This document shows positions 25,333 through 33,852 of a DNA stretch of 34,623 nt, one piece after another. The stretch's first letter is position 1. Every line of letters begins with the position of its first letter. Location of the stretch: positions 1-34,623 of IMG/VR virus record IMGVR_UViG_3300032335_000309; one strand, 5' to 3'. The position numbers and the translations under genes were made by a program. The notes beneath the pieces were generated by a model. It was not told the DNA's origin, did not search any database, and saw only the letters and a program-made list of their open reading frames with translations. The DNA comes from a virus (lineage: Duplodnaviria; Caudoviricetes).

Positions 25333-25935
25333 TTACAGCCTCGCCAAGATCCAAGTCTGGTCTGCGAGAGACTCCGGTGGGTTTTCGATCGCGTTAGCTA
25401 TGACGGCATCCTTTATCGAGTTCCGATAATCGTTATAGGCCATCTGCTTCTGCTCTGCGCTAGCCGTCAAAGGCTCGGCGAGAATGTACGCAAGGTATGC
25501 GGAGAAAGCCATATCGAACGCTGCATCGAACTGCACCGGGTCAGTCACCCGAGACAGATAGCGCAGCTTTAACGGGCCAGCCTGATTCGACAGGATGTAC
25601 TTGCCCTCGAGCACATACTCCTGCCCACCAGTCGATATCAGATCCGATAGATCCGGCGACGGATACCATTGGCCGACTTGCAGAATGCGCATACAGTCGG
25701 TTGGGATCTGATACTGATATGACCAGTCCCAAAGCGGAGTGCTGGTATCCGCAGCGAGGTTTGCTCGCTTAATGCAAAAGCGCCACGAGAAGCGACGCTG
25801 GAGATAATCCCGTGTCATATCGAACACGGCATTTACTTCACGGGCAGGCTTGGTGTTGTCCGTGAGATTCAAAATGCGCAAATCCCCGAGCTTCGTCAGC
25901 GCGAGGTTTGCGATTGCTACATTGCTAGCGGCCAT
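25333..25935 (-). CDS. Tail tubular protein A (adaptor, T7 gp11-like)
   Basis: IANLAL.KLG...I, W.F...R..LA, Y.YQ.P.DC.R; synteny. Confidence 0.88.
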   Translation of the reverse strand: MAASNVAIANLALTKLGDLRILNLTDNTKPAREVNAVFDMTRDYLQRRFSWRFCIKRANLAADTSTPLWDWSYQYQIPTDCMRILQVGQWYPSPDLSDLISTGGQEYVLEGKYILSNQAGPLKLRYLSRVTDPVQFDAAFDMAFSAYLAYILAEPLTASAEQKQMAYNDYRNSIKDAVIANAIENPPESLADQTWILARL

Positions 25936-25953
25936 CGGGAGACCCCGAGACCG

Positions 25954-26148
25954 TTAAGCCGGCGGCCAAATATCTTGAATGATTGCCTGCTTGATCGAAT
26001 CGATCGCGTACAGGACTTCATCCTTCTGCATATTCGCAGCCAGATCCACGCGCAGCTCAACGTCCGTGGTCGCCGTCGAGGACGAGCCTTCGGTCACGTT
26101 GCGAACGCCTTGCTCGCCGCGATCAATACCGTAAAAACGATCTGCCAT
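25954..26148 (-). CDS. Small virion protein
   Basis: 64 aa with RBS AGGAG, between capsid and tail genes. Confidence 0.7.
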   Translation of the reverse strand: MADRFYGIDRGEQGVRNVTEGSSSTATTDVELRVDLAANMQKDEVLYAIDSIKQAIIQDIWPPA

Positions 26149-26164
26149 GATTCTCTCCTAGGAG

Positions 26165-26196
26165 AAAAGGGCGAGCCGGTTTCCCGACCCGCCCTT
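26165..26196 (-). terminator. Intrinsic terminator after the capsid genes
   Basis: AAGGGCGGGTCGG-GAAA-CCGGCTCGCCCTTTT on the minus strand. Confidence 0.8.
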
Positions 26197-26201
26197 GTTT
26201 C

Positions 26202-26705
26202 TTACGCCGCGTAACGACCGATGAGCTTCACGGTGCCGGTCGCGTCAGCCGCGGCGGTCAGGGTGAAAGCCACATCGTAGAACACCGACGGGTCAGAGGT
26301 GAGGCCGAGGGCGTCCCACAGCTCCTTGCCGCTGTTCGCGATCGAGAACACAGCCGACTCGTGCAGAACATCCGTGCCGTTAATCGCGCCGTCCTTGAGA
26401 GACAGAGCCGAGGCAAAGAAGTCAGCATCGACCACAGCGCCGCCGTCCTTGGCTGTGCGATACAGGCCAATGTCGGAGATCGTCGTGGTGCCGATGTCCG
26501 GCGAATAGATTCGAAGATCCGTCATCACCGCATTCGAGGGAACGCGGAACATACGATACGTCGAATCAATGCTGTCGCCAGAGGTGATCGCAGCGGTGGC
26601 AACCTCAATGCGCTCAAAGCCACCGTCTACACGGGGGCTGTTGAGCACAGCCGGGGTCGCGTCTGCGTTAGTGATAAGGGTTGACTTAACTGCTACAACT
26701 GCCAT
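26202..26705 (-). CDS. Capsid decoration/cement-like protein
   Basis: 167 aa beta-rich, directly after the MCP and before the terminator. Confidence 0.65.
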   Translation of the reverse strand: MAVVAVKSTLITNADATPAVLNSPRVDGGFERIEVATAAITSGDSIDSTYRMFRVPSNAVMTDLRIYSPDIGTTTISDIGLYRTAKDGGAVVDADFFASALSLKDGAINGTDVLHESAVFSIANSGKELWDALGLTSDPSVFYDVAFTLTAAADATGTVKLIGRYAA

Positions 26706-26719
26706 TTTCGTTTACTCCC

Positions 26720-27607
26720 TTATTCCGCGCAGAGGATGTCAACGACCTTCTTCTCTTCGGTGCGGGTAGCACCAAAGGTACCCATCAGGTAAACCTGATA
26801 CGGGTGCGAGGAGAGGTCACGACGCTGCGTGATGTCAGACATGATGTCATTCCACATACCCAAGTGAACGCCCGAAGGCACCCACACAGGGCAGCGGCGA
26901 TGGCTTGAGCTCGTCGGCAAACGCTCGCTGTGGATGAAGTTGATGCCAAGGAACTGCATGACCTTGCCATCCTTCATCACCGGAGTGTCGCTGTTGAAGT
27001 CGCTCGAGACCACTTGGATCTGGCCCAAGAGATCGTCGTGCTGCTCGGCAGAGATGGCGCAGTACACCGGCTCCGCGTCGAGATCAACCTCGTTCTCCAT
27101 CAGGATGCGACGCGCTTCACGCAGCTTGTCAACCGTGAGACCCACGTTGCCAGAGGCAGCGTAGTTCACAGCAACGCGCTGGTTGGTCGTGTCGAAAGCC
27201 GTGGTCGTGCCGCCAGCTTCGCCCGTCTTGTTGTCACCGAGCATACCGCTGATGATCACATCGTCCATCGCACGGCCCATCGCGTACAGACCGTTCTGCG
27301 CATAGGCAGACTGCGGGTCAGCGAGGAGACGGAGCTTGTCGAAGTTGTCGATCAGGTCAGCCCAATCGAAATCTTCCGGGAACACCCAACGGCGAGCGTT
27401 AGGAGTGTTGACCGGGACGATCGGCGAATAGCGGGTCGAAACCGCACGAGCAGCGGTAGCACCGTACTGCGTGACGACTTCAGACGCCTTACCCTTGTAC
27501 GAACCAGTCTGCACAGAGGTGCGCAGCTTGGAGCCCTTTTGCTGCAAAAGCAGCGAGATGTTAGTGCCGTATTGGACGGCATAAACTGATGCAATATTGT
27601 CGGCCAT
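26720..27607 (-). CDS. Major capsid protein
   Basis: LLLQQKGSKLR, D..D.LR...DP.S.Y....A..RAMD..II, GATRTEEKKVV.I.C.E; strong RBS GGAGG. Confidence 0.9.
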   Translation of the reverse strand: MADNIASVYAVQYGTNISLLLQQKGSKLRTSVQTGSYKGKASEVVTQYGATAARAVSTRYSPIVPVNTPNARRWVFPEDFDWADLIDNFDKLRLLADPQSAYAQNGLYAMGRAMDDVIISGMLGDNKTGEAGGTTTAFDTTNQRVAVNYAASGNVGLTVDKLREARRILMENEVDLDAEPVYCAISAEQHDDLLGQIQVVSSDFNSDTPVMKDGKVMQFLGINFIHSERLPTSSSHRRCPVWVPSGVHLGMWNDIMSDITQRRDLSSHPYQVYLMGTFGATRTEEKKVVDILCAE

Positions 27608-27644
27608 GATAGCCCTCCAAAAAAACTAAATATGTAGTGTTTCT

Positions 27645-27745
27645 CGGATGGCTTGTCCGTTACCGGGGCCAGAATCCTTGCGAGATACGCTCTCACCGAT
27701 CGGTCGTCTTTCCGACTGTCAGTTGGGGTCTTACGACTTGCCCTG
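27645..27745 (-). promoter_or_regulatory. Structured 5' leader of the major capsid gene
   Basis: Hairpins GGG(CAA)GTC-GTAA-GACCCC, GTC-GGAAA-GAC, GAGA-GCGTA-TCTC, TGGC(C)CCG-GTAA-CGG(ACAA)GCCA. Confidence 0.55.
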
Positions 27746-27755
27746 TCCTATGCGC

Positions 27756-27788
27756 AAAAAAAGAGACCCGAGATTTCTCCCGGGTCTC
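27756..27788 (-). terminator. Intrinsic terminator between scaffold and capsid genes
   Basis: GAGACCCGGGA-GAAA-TCTCGGGTCTC followed by T7. Confidence 0.85.
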
Positions 27789-27816
27789 AATGCTAGCTCT
27801 CACAGGAGAATACGCC
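27756..27816 (-). ncRNA. Candidate ~60 nt small RNA with anti-Shine-Dalgarno seed UUCUCCUGUG
   Basis: Bounded by a sigma70-like promoter and a strong terminator; no ORF. Confidence 0.55.
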
Positions 27817-27820
27817 GAGG

Positions 27821-27849
27821 ATAGTACCTCGCGCGTATCACACTAGCAA
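27821..27849 (-). promoter_or_regulatory. sigma70-like promoter
   Basis: TTGCTA (27849-27844), 17 bp spacer, TACTAT (27826-27821). Confidence 0.6.
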
Positions 27850-28707
27850 CTACTCTGTAAACAGCTCTGGGTTAGCCATTCGTTGCAGTCGCATCATCTC
27901 CTCGATTGCACCTTGACGAACCTTCTCGTCACGGTTCATGTAGCGACCCATGAACTCCTGATCCGCGAACATCCCAGCGATCTTGTTCTTTGCAGCCTGC
28001 GGAGTCAGCGCGCCGCCGGTCTGCGCTTCAGATCCGACAAACGTGCCTTCCGCAAACGCCGAGCCGACCGCTTGGAACAGCTTAATCATCGGGCCGGTGC
28101 CGATCGCCTGCTCCAGACGCTCAAGACCGTCAGCATCCAAACCAGCGGCAACACCGAACTTGGCAACCGCTCGCTTGGCAAGCTCGATGTTCTGGTCAGC
28201 CGCGGCACCCCATTCCCGACGCAATGCCGAGAATTCCTCCTCGGACTTGTTCAAGAAAGCCTCGCGCTCCATCTCTATCCGCTGTGTGGACGTTTGATTC
28301 CACCATTCGGCGAGCCCCTTGGCTTGTTTGTTGGTCAGCCCCAGATCGTGAAGCACCGGAGCGACCGCCTGCGCGAATGAGCCGTCATCCCCTTCCGGTA
28401 CTGGCAACTCGTATTTGTCGGCGCTCTCCGGGCGTCCTAGGCGGTTATAGACGGCACTCCAGCCCTCGGCGTCGTCATCCGACTTCGGGGCGAGAATCGT
28501 GCGTCCAGCCTTGTCAGCGCCAAATACCTTCTCGAGATTCTGATAGGACAAAAGAGCGTCAGCCGGCCCTTTCCATCCTTTGGCTTTGACCAGCTCTCCA
28601 AGCTGGCTTGCCGTTCCTTGGTCGATCCCTTCCGGCGCGTACCACGCGGGAGCCGCTGCCGGAGCAGTCGGGTTGCCTGCTTCCGCAGACCCTTGATCGT
28701 CACTCAT
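27850..28707 (-). CDS. Capsid scaffolding protein
   Basis: 285 aa; SY.NLEK..G, YNRLGRPE..DKY, LRREWG; upstream of MCP. Confidence 0.85.
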   Translation of the reverse strand: MSDDQGSAEAGNPTAPAAAPAWYAPEGIDQGTASQLGELVKAKGWKGPADALLSYQNLEKVFGADKAGRTILAPKSDDDAEGWSAVYNRLGRPESADKYELPVPEGDDGSFAQAVAPVLHDLGLTNKQAKGLAEWWNQTSTQRIEMEREAFLNKSEEEFSALRREWGAAADQNIELAKRAVAKFGVAAGLDADGLERLEQAIGTGPMIKLFQAVGSAFAEGTFVGSEAQTGGALTPQAAKNKIAGMFADQEFMGRYMNRDEKVRQGAIEEMMRLQRMANPELFTE

Positions 28708-29014
28708 CGATGAATTCCTCTTGTAGATTGGTCAAGGTCTTTTCGTCCAGTTGCAGCGCCTCGACAATGAGCTGCACCGTTTCTTGGCGACCGACCATGC
28801 GGCCAACCTCGAACATATCTGTCGCACCGGACTTATCCACAGCGACAGGCGGCTTCCCGTAACGGGAGAATCGTTTCAGATGGGCGAGGATGATTTGCCC
28901 GTCTTGCGATAACTGGTTCGTCTTGCCATCGATCAGCGCTCGCTTGTAGGCGCGAGATCGGAACAGCACCCGAGCGACCCGGGCGCGCATCACAGCAATC
29001 ATGCTCGGCATCAA
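28700..29014 (-). CDS. Small head-module protein (Bbp19-like)
   Basis: Y...L.....GQ.IL..L..F...GRQE.V..I pattern; normally between portal and scaffold. Confidence 0.65.
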   Translation of the reverse strand: MMPSMIAVMRARVARVLFRSRAYKRALIDGKTNQLSQDGQIILAHLKRFSRYGKPPVAVDKSGATDMFEVGRMVGRQETVQLIVEALQLDEKTLTNLQEEFIDE

Positions 29015-29289
29015 TCACCCATCAGTTGTTTGGCGTTGTGAGCGATCACAAACGCATAGAACACATTCAGCGTCACCCACCCGAGAACTGGCATGGAATT
29101 CAGCGAAGCAATAAAAACCATAATCAGCATCATTCGAGATAGCACTAGCCCCTCAACGACACCGATCTTCTCAAACAGCTTGCGCAGAACCGGGTTCAAC
29201 TCTCGACCGCCGCGGCGCAGAATCTCGTGCGTCATCAGCCCATCCACCACCACAAGGCAGCAGAGAAACGTCACCAAAATAAGGCTCAT
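29011..29289 (-). CDS. Small membrane protein (DUF5658-like)
   Basis: VVDGLMT...L..GGRELNP plus three hydrophobic segments; ATGA coupling at 29289. Confidence 0.65.
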   Translation of the reverse strand: MSLILVTFLCCLVVVDGLMTHEILRRGGRELNPVLRKLFEKIGVVEGLVLSRMMLIMVFIASLNSMPVLGWVTLNVFYAFVIAHNAKQLMGD

Positions 29290-30350
29290 CGGTTCCGTAG
29301 CCATGTGAGGTACTCCGCGCCTTCCTCCGGCTCCCACCAAACCTTGATCATGTCTGGATGCGTGGCAGGCAGCAGCGGGTTGATCGTTGTCAGCGCACAA
29401 GGCGAGAGCGCGTTATCGCGGAACCCCTTTTCCTTTGCATATCGGTCGTAGACCTTGTAGCTCGCAACCTTCAGCAGATGCATCGTGATTCCGTTGATTG
29501 GATCTTTCAACACCGAATAGGCGCTTTCATGCTTATGGCCGGCGACGTAGATGTGATCTCGAGTGCCGAGCATCGCGGCTTTCATCGGCCCGTGGGCCGG
29601 ATTCCACACCGACGATCCGCTGTGATCGTGGCGAGCATTCACACGCACCTCTGCGCCATTCGGAAACTTCAAGGCGATGCGGGCCTCGCTGGACTTGTAG
29701 TTTGAACTTTGCTGTTTTGCGATCCATTTGAGCGGATCTCCTGCCCCAGACCATGCATCATGGTTGCCGGCCAGCATATAAAGCCAGCGACAGCGGTCGA
29801 CAAACCACTCAGCCAGCTTCCATGCTTGCGCAGCAGATGTCGCCTGCTCACCGTAAAGCCTTGCTAAACGGCCAACCCAGTTGTTCGTGGTGTCGCCGAC
29901 GTTGCAGGCAAAAAGTCCCTCAACCTTGCGGCAAAGCTCGGTGTGACGCTCGAGCGCCTCAATATCGGTGCCATCGTCATCAACGTGCGGGTCGCCAAAG
30001 TGCAGCAGCCCAATCGGCCCAGCGATCTTGATGCGAATCGGAATGAGCTTGCTCGCTTCCTCGTGCTCGCGCTTGTGTGCGAACTTACGTTTGCGTTGCT
30101 CAATAAGCTCGTCGATCGATACGTCGTCGTCCGGTATTGGCGTGAACTCAAACGCCTCCTCGTTAGGGATCTGCCTGCCCGGCTGATACGTCGAAACGGG
30201 GATATCATATCCGCGCTTTCTCATGCGATTTAATCTCTGTAAAAGAGTGCGCTCGTTCATACCAAGCTCTAAAGCTACATTGGCACGAATGCCTTTGTAT
30301 TTTTGCAGCGTCGCAATGATCTGATCATCAGTCGCCTTGGCGGCTACCAC
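29286..30350 (-). CDS. Calcineurin-like metallophosphoesterase with N-terminal HTH
   Basis: GDPH, VGD, GNHD, RH, GHKH metal-binding motifs; N-terminal ANVALELGMNERTL..R. Confidence 0.85.
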   Translation of the reverse strand: MVAAKATDDQIIATLQKYKGIRANVALELGMNERTLLQRLNRMRKRGYDIPVSTYQPGRQIPNEEAFEFTPIPDDDVSIDELIEQRKRKFAHKREHEEASKLIPIRIKIAGPIGLLHFGDPHVDDDGTDIEALERHTELCRKVEGLFACNVGDTTNNWVGRLARLYGEQATSAAQAWKLAEWFVDRCRWLYMLAGNHDAWSGAGDPLKWIAKQQSSNYKSSEARIALKFPNGAEVRVNARHDHSGSSVWNPAHGPMKAAMLGTRDHIYVAGHKHESAYSVLKDPINGITMHLLKVASYKVYDRYAKEKGFRDNALSPCALTTINPLLPATHPDMIKVWWEPEEGAEYLTWLRNR

Positions 30351-30354
30351 AGCA

Positions 30355-30627
30355 TCACCTCTTTCTAATTACTTTGATGCCGAGTTCCTTTCGGCGCTCT
30401 TCGGTACGTTCGTCATCGCGCACCGCTGTCCACTCCAAATGCCCATCAACGAGCCGATACTGCTCCTTGTGAGTCAAGGCGCAATCGCAGCACTCGGTGA
30501 AGGTATAACCTTTGACTCGATACCAGACCCCGTCATACATCTGGATTACGGGGACAGATACATCCTTGCTTCGTCCTGCCTTCGGCTTACCAGGCCGGGC
30601 AGAACCTTTCCTGCGGCTTTTGTCCAT
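30355..30627 (-). CDS. Small putative metal-binding protein (CCDCALTH)
   Basis: CCDCxLxH motif; start uncertain, overlaps the endolysin 3' end. Confidence 0.65.
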   Translation of the reverse strand: MDKSRRKGSARPGKPKAGRSKDVSVPVIQMYDGVWYRVKGYTFTECCDCALTHKEQYRLVDGHLEWTAVRDDERTEERRKELGIKVIRKR

Positions 30628-31055
30628 TTCATGAACTCCGATGCAGCGCCCCAATGGTCGCCTCGGTTGTGCTTCATGCGCAGCGTCGAACGCTGGAGAT
30701 TACCGAGACCGACGTTGAAGGCAAAGCTCACCAAGGCATCGAACTGGCCTTGACGATCAGGATCAATAGAGCAATATCGGGCCACGCCCGACTCAAACCG
30801 TTTAAGGTCTTGAGCAAGTAGAGCATCCACTTCGTCAATATCCCAGACACGGTCATCCTCGGGTTTTAGCGGATAGTCCCGACGCAGAGGGAAATTGCCA
30901 TTATCGGCGGTTCGCACCACCGGCAAACGAGCCTGCTCGGGATAGAGCATATGGCCAACCCCCACCGTCCAAAGTTTGGCGGGGCAAAGATACGGTCGCA
31001 GGCGCACACCTTCGTGTTTCTTAATCGACGCGAGCGCCTGCTCGCTTGTGTTCAT
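30546..31055 (-). CDS. Endolysin, GH24 lysozyme
   Basis: IKKHEGVRLRPYLCPA..WTVGVGH, QFDALVSFAFNVG.G, GLVSRR..E. Confidence 0.95.
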   Translation of the reverse strand: MNTSEQALASIKKHEGVRLRPYLCPAKLWTVGVGHMLYPEQARLPVVRTADNGNFPLRRDYPLKPEDDRVWDIDEVDALLAQDLKRFESGVARYCSIDPDRQGQFDALVSFAFNVGLGNLQRSTLRMKHNRGDHWGAASEFMKWTKAAGKVLPGLVSRRQDEARMYLSP

Positions 31056-31537
31056 CTTTTGCTAAATGCCTGTGTCCCGAACCAAAAAGCAATGATGCTG
31101 GACAGAATCAACATTTCATCTTCGCCAAAGACGTTATCCATAGCGACGGCAAAAGGGATGCCGGTGCTATATGCGTACCATACACCAGTTGCATTCAAAA
31201 CAACAAGTTCCAACACAAAGATATAAGTTACGACAGGTCTGACCGACGCCCGAAGATTGATGATCCATTGGCTCGCGCCCTTGCCGATCGCCTCGTCGTG
31301 CTTGTACAGCGCGACCCGTTCCTCGGCATAAGTCTGGGCCAGCACTTGCTCGGTCTTGATCTCCTCGATCTTTTCCTGCGAGGCAAAGCCCTTGGCAGCA
31401 AGCTCCAGCTCCCGCTCCTTTTGCATACGCAGGATGGCAAGCTCATGAGATTTATCTTGCCGGTCTTGGAAGAACTCGAGGATCTTCGGCAGGCCACCAG
31501 CGAGGAACGACAGAAACGTCGAAAGCATTGTCATCAT
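31052..31537 (-). CDS. Holin-like membrane protein
   Basis: Hydrophobic N-terminus, coiled coil, VRPVVTY plus two TM segments ending FWFG; adjacent to endolysin. Confidence 0.65.
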   Translation of the reverse strand: MMTMLSTFLSFLAGGLPKILEFFQDRQDKSHELAILRMQKERELELAAKGFASQEKIEEIKTEQVLAQTYAEERVALYKHDEAIGKGASQWIINLRASVRPVVTYIFVLELVVLNATGVWYAYSTGIPFAVAMDNVFGEDEMLILSSIIAFWFGTQAFSKR

Positions 31538-31791
31538 TTGTTGCGTTCCTCTATGAGCTTGACTCGCACTTGCAAGTCATGGATGTCGGTATAGATCTCT
31601 TCTTTCATCTTATGCCGTTTCTCTGCTGACAACGGGCTGTCAGTCGGCACCCCTTCCGCTGTAATCAGGGCTGGCATCTTGCTCTCAACAGACAGCAGGC
31701 GATTGTTAAAAGACGCGATCTCCGTCAACAGCCAGCCGACAGCGGCCACCAATACAGGAAACAACATATCCACAATCTTTTGCATGGTCAC
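31534..31791 (-). CDS. Small TM + coiled-coil protein
   Basis: LFPVLVAAVGWLL followed by a coiled segment. Confidence 0.65.
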   Translation of the reverse strand: MTMQKIVDMLFPVLVAAVGWLLTEIASFNNRLLSVESKMPALITAEGVPTDSPLSAEKRHKMKEEIYTDIHDLQVRVKLIEERNK

Positions 31792-31795
31792 TTTG

Positions 31796-31945
31796 CTATT
31801 TCCCCTTGTTGATCAGGTCAAATAGGGTCTTGATCTTATCCTCGAGTACGGCTACTCGGAGATCCAGCTTTGACAGAACGATGATTAGTGTGATGAGCGC
31901 GAGAATCACCGGCCATGCACGGGTGAAAATCTCGAACATCTCCAT
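31796..31945 (-). CDS. 49 aa TM + coiled-coil protein (MEMFEIFTRAWPVILALITLIIVLSKLDLRV...); not in ORF track
   Basis: Translated by hand; fills the gap between neighbours. Confidence 0.7.
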   Translation of the reverse strand: MEMFEIFTRAWPVILALITLIIVLSKLDLRVAVLEDKIKTLFDLINKGK

Positions 31946-31946
31946 A

Positions 31947-32180
31947 TCACTTATCCGCTTTAGTCGTATTAAGCTGGTTGATCAGGTTAAAAATGTCATC
32001 CAGCGTCCGGCGAATGTGATGGATGTCGTCTCGGTAGTCGGCCTTGGTAACGTAAACGTGCGGCATATTGCGCACATCTCGATCGAGCTGGTTAATCGAG
32101 CGGCTGATGTTATTTAGAACCCACCCACCCAAGAAACCGGACACGCCGACCAATACGTTGAAAAGCATCTGCGCATCCAT
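31947..32180 (-). CDS. Small TM + coiled-coil protein
   Basis: MDAQMLFNVLVGVSGFLGGWVL...YVTKADY...KADK; GGAG RBS. Confidence 0.7.
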   Translation of the reverse strand: MDAQMLFNVLVGVSGFLGGWVLNNISRSINQLDRDVRNMPHVYVTKADYRDDIHHIRRTLDDIFNLINQLNTTKADK

Positions 32181-32182
32181 CG

Positions 32183-33850
32183 TCAAACTCCCGGGACTGC
32201 TCTACGCGGAGCCGATGCCGCGATCTGTTCGGCCTTGGCAAATCTCTCAGCGGCCTGCCCAGCGATCGGAGCCGCGGCCAGCAGGGCTTCCGTCTGTTGC
32301 GCTTGAGCGTCGGCAGCATCCATCTCCTCGAGCTCCTCGTCGGTGCGCAGCGCCTTGGCAGGCACACCATTGGCCTCGGCAATGAGTTTAATAGCCTCGT
32401 CAGCATTGATGCGGCGCAGGACGGACATATCGCCAGAGACTTGCGCGACCGGCAGCATGGCCTCGATCGTGCGCAAGATGCCAGCGGCCTCTTCGGTCTT
32501 CATCAACCGAGCGAGCGGCCCTTGATACTTCGGCAGGATCTCGCCACCAGAGGATAGGTACTCGAGCAGCACAGGCGGCGGCTCCGGCAGCGAGAAGCTT
32601 GCCGACAGCAGATCGAGCTCGCGATCGATAACCGGCCCCAAGAACTCGGATTGCTGGCGACCCATCGTCGGCCCGAGCAACGCGCCCTTTTCCTGTGCGC
32701 GCTGGAGCACCTCGGTCGCTGTCATCGTGCGCGGCGACTCTACGAGGATCTGGAACAAAGTCACCAAGAACGAGTCGTTCACAGCGCGGCGCTTCTGATC
32801 CGACATCTCGATACCGATCGGCAGATTGCCACCAGTCATCAAAGGCTGCACAAGCGGCGTACCGTCGTCTCGCAGATAGCCGTAGTTCAATGCGTTAGGA
32901 CGCACGGAGAAGGCGTTTAACGCCCCCTCCTCGGTCAGGATGAGCGGCGGGTCAACCATGCGGTGCGCCATCCGAAGCATGGTCTTTTCCATCTCTTGCA
33001 GAGACTTGATATCGGCAAGAGCCTCCATCGCCGGAGACCGTCCATAAATCTCTCGCGGCCCGGTAACGTACCGACCAACTGCATACGGCATCACCCGGTA
33101 GCCGCCTTCCTCGAGCAGCACCTGTCCTTCGCGCGACACATACCGGGATACATATCGCATCCCATCGGGGCCGGCCATGCCTTCCTTGTAATCGTAGTTC
33201 GGGCGAACGCAATGCACGAACTCGAACATCGTGTTCGGCGCGCTCTTGGCCTGCCCTACGATTCCGCGCGGCAGCTTGTCAGACCAGCCCGGGATCTGCA
33301 TCGCTTGGCGAGCAGAGAGCTGGAATGATCGGTAGACGGTATCAACGCGGCCCGTATGGTCAAGATCGATCACTAGCTCCGAAAGCGCAATCGCTCGATA
33401 TCGGAGTGTGACGCCAGGAATCTCATCGACAAATAATGCCGACGTACCGAATGCACCGAGGCTCATGTAGCACTCAAACGCCTGCGAAGCAAAGTTAGCG
33501 GTTGGAGCGTAACGCTGCCGGAACATCATATCCCGCACCGAATCGCACCATCGCTGCACCGCCACATCGTCGTCGAGTTCCGGTACGCCAGTACGCAACC
33601 CGTGCCACATCTGGGTCGCCGGAGTCAGCATCGAGTCCATCGCAGCAGCAAACCGCGGCAGAGCGCGCTGCGCAGTCGAGTCGAAGATCTTCTCAGATCG
33701 CTTCTCGCCAGGCGTACGCCAGCCCGTCATTTCGGCCATCGTCGGCCATACGCGCTCGGCTACTTCCTGCCAATGATTCTCCCATGTACCACGCGCGCCT
33801 TTGAGACGATCGTAGCCCTCGAGGACTTCAGCAGCGCGTGAATCAGCCAT
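32183..33850 (-). CDS. Portal protein (head-tail connector, T7 gp8-like)
   Basis: 555 aa; WE..WQE.A, FDSTA, YGRSP...AL.D.K.L, MTATEV..R..E...LGP..GR...EFL.P.I.R. Confidence 0.95.
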   Translation of the reverse strand: MADSRAAEVLEGYDRLKGARGTWENHWQEVAERVWPTMAEMTGWRTPGEKRSEKIFDSTAQRALPRFAAAMDSMLTPATQMWHGLRTGVPELDDDVAVQRWCDSVRDMMFRQRYAPTANFASQAFECYMSLGAFGTSALFVDEIPGVTLRYRAIALSELVIDLDHTGRVDTVYRSFQLSARQAMQIPGWSDKLPRGIVGQAKSAPNTMFEFVHCVRPNYDYKEGMAGPDGMRYVSRYVSREGQVLLEEGGYRVMPYAVGRYVTGPREIYGRSPAMEALADIKSLQEMEKTMLRMAHRMVDPPLILTEEGALNAFSVRPNALNYGYLRDDGTPLVQPLMTGGNLPIGIEMSDQKRRAVNDSFLVTLFQILVESPRTMTATEVLQRAQEKGALLGPTMGRQQSEFLGPVIDRELDLLSASFSLPEPPPVLLEYLSSGGEILPKYQGPLARLMKTEEAAGILRTIEAMLPVAQVSGDMSVLRRINADEAIKLIAEANGVPAKALRTDEELEEMDAADAQAQQTEALLAAAPIAGQAAERFAKAEQIAASAPRRAVPGV

Positions 33851-33852
33851 CT

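Noticed and set aside
26149-26165. TCTCCTAGGAGA palindrome as a second anti-SD RNA
   Set aside because: It is the terminator tail abutting the next RBS with no loop and no promoter; at most a local translation damper
26720-26740. Programmed frameshift extending the capsid protein (T7 10A/10B style)
   Set aside because: No slippery sequence near the stop; the next gene has its own RBS
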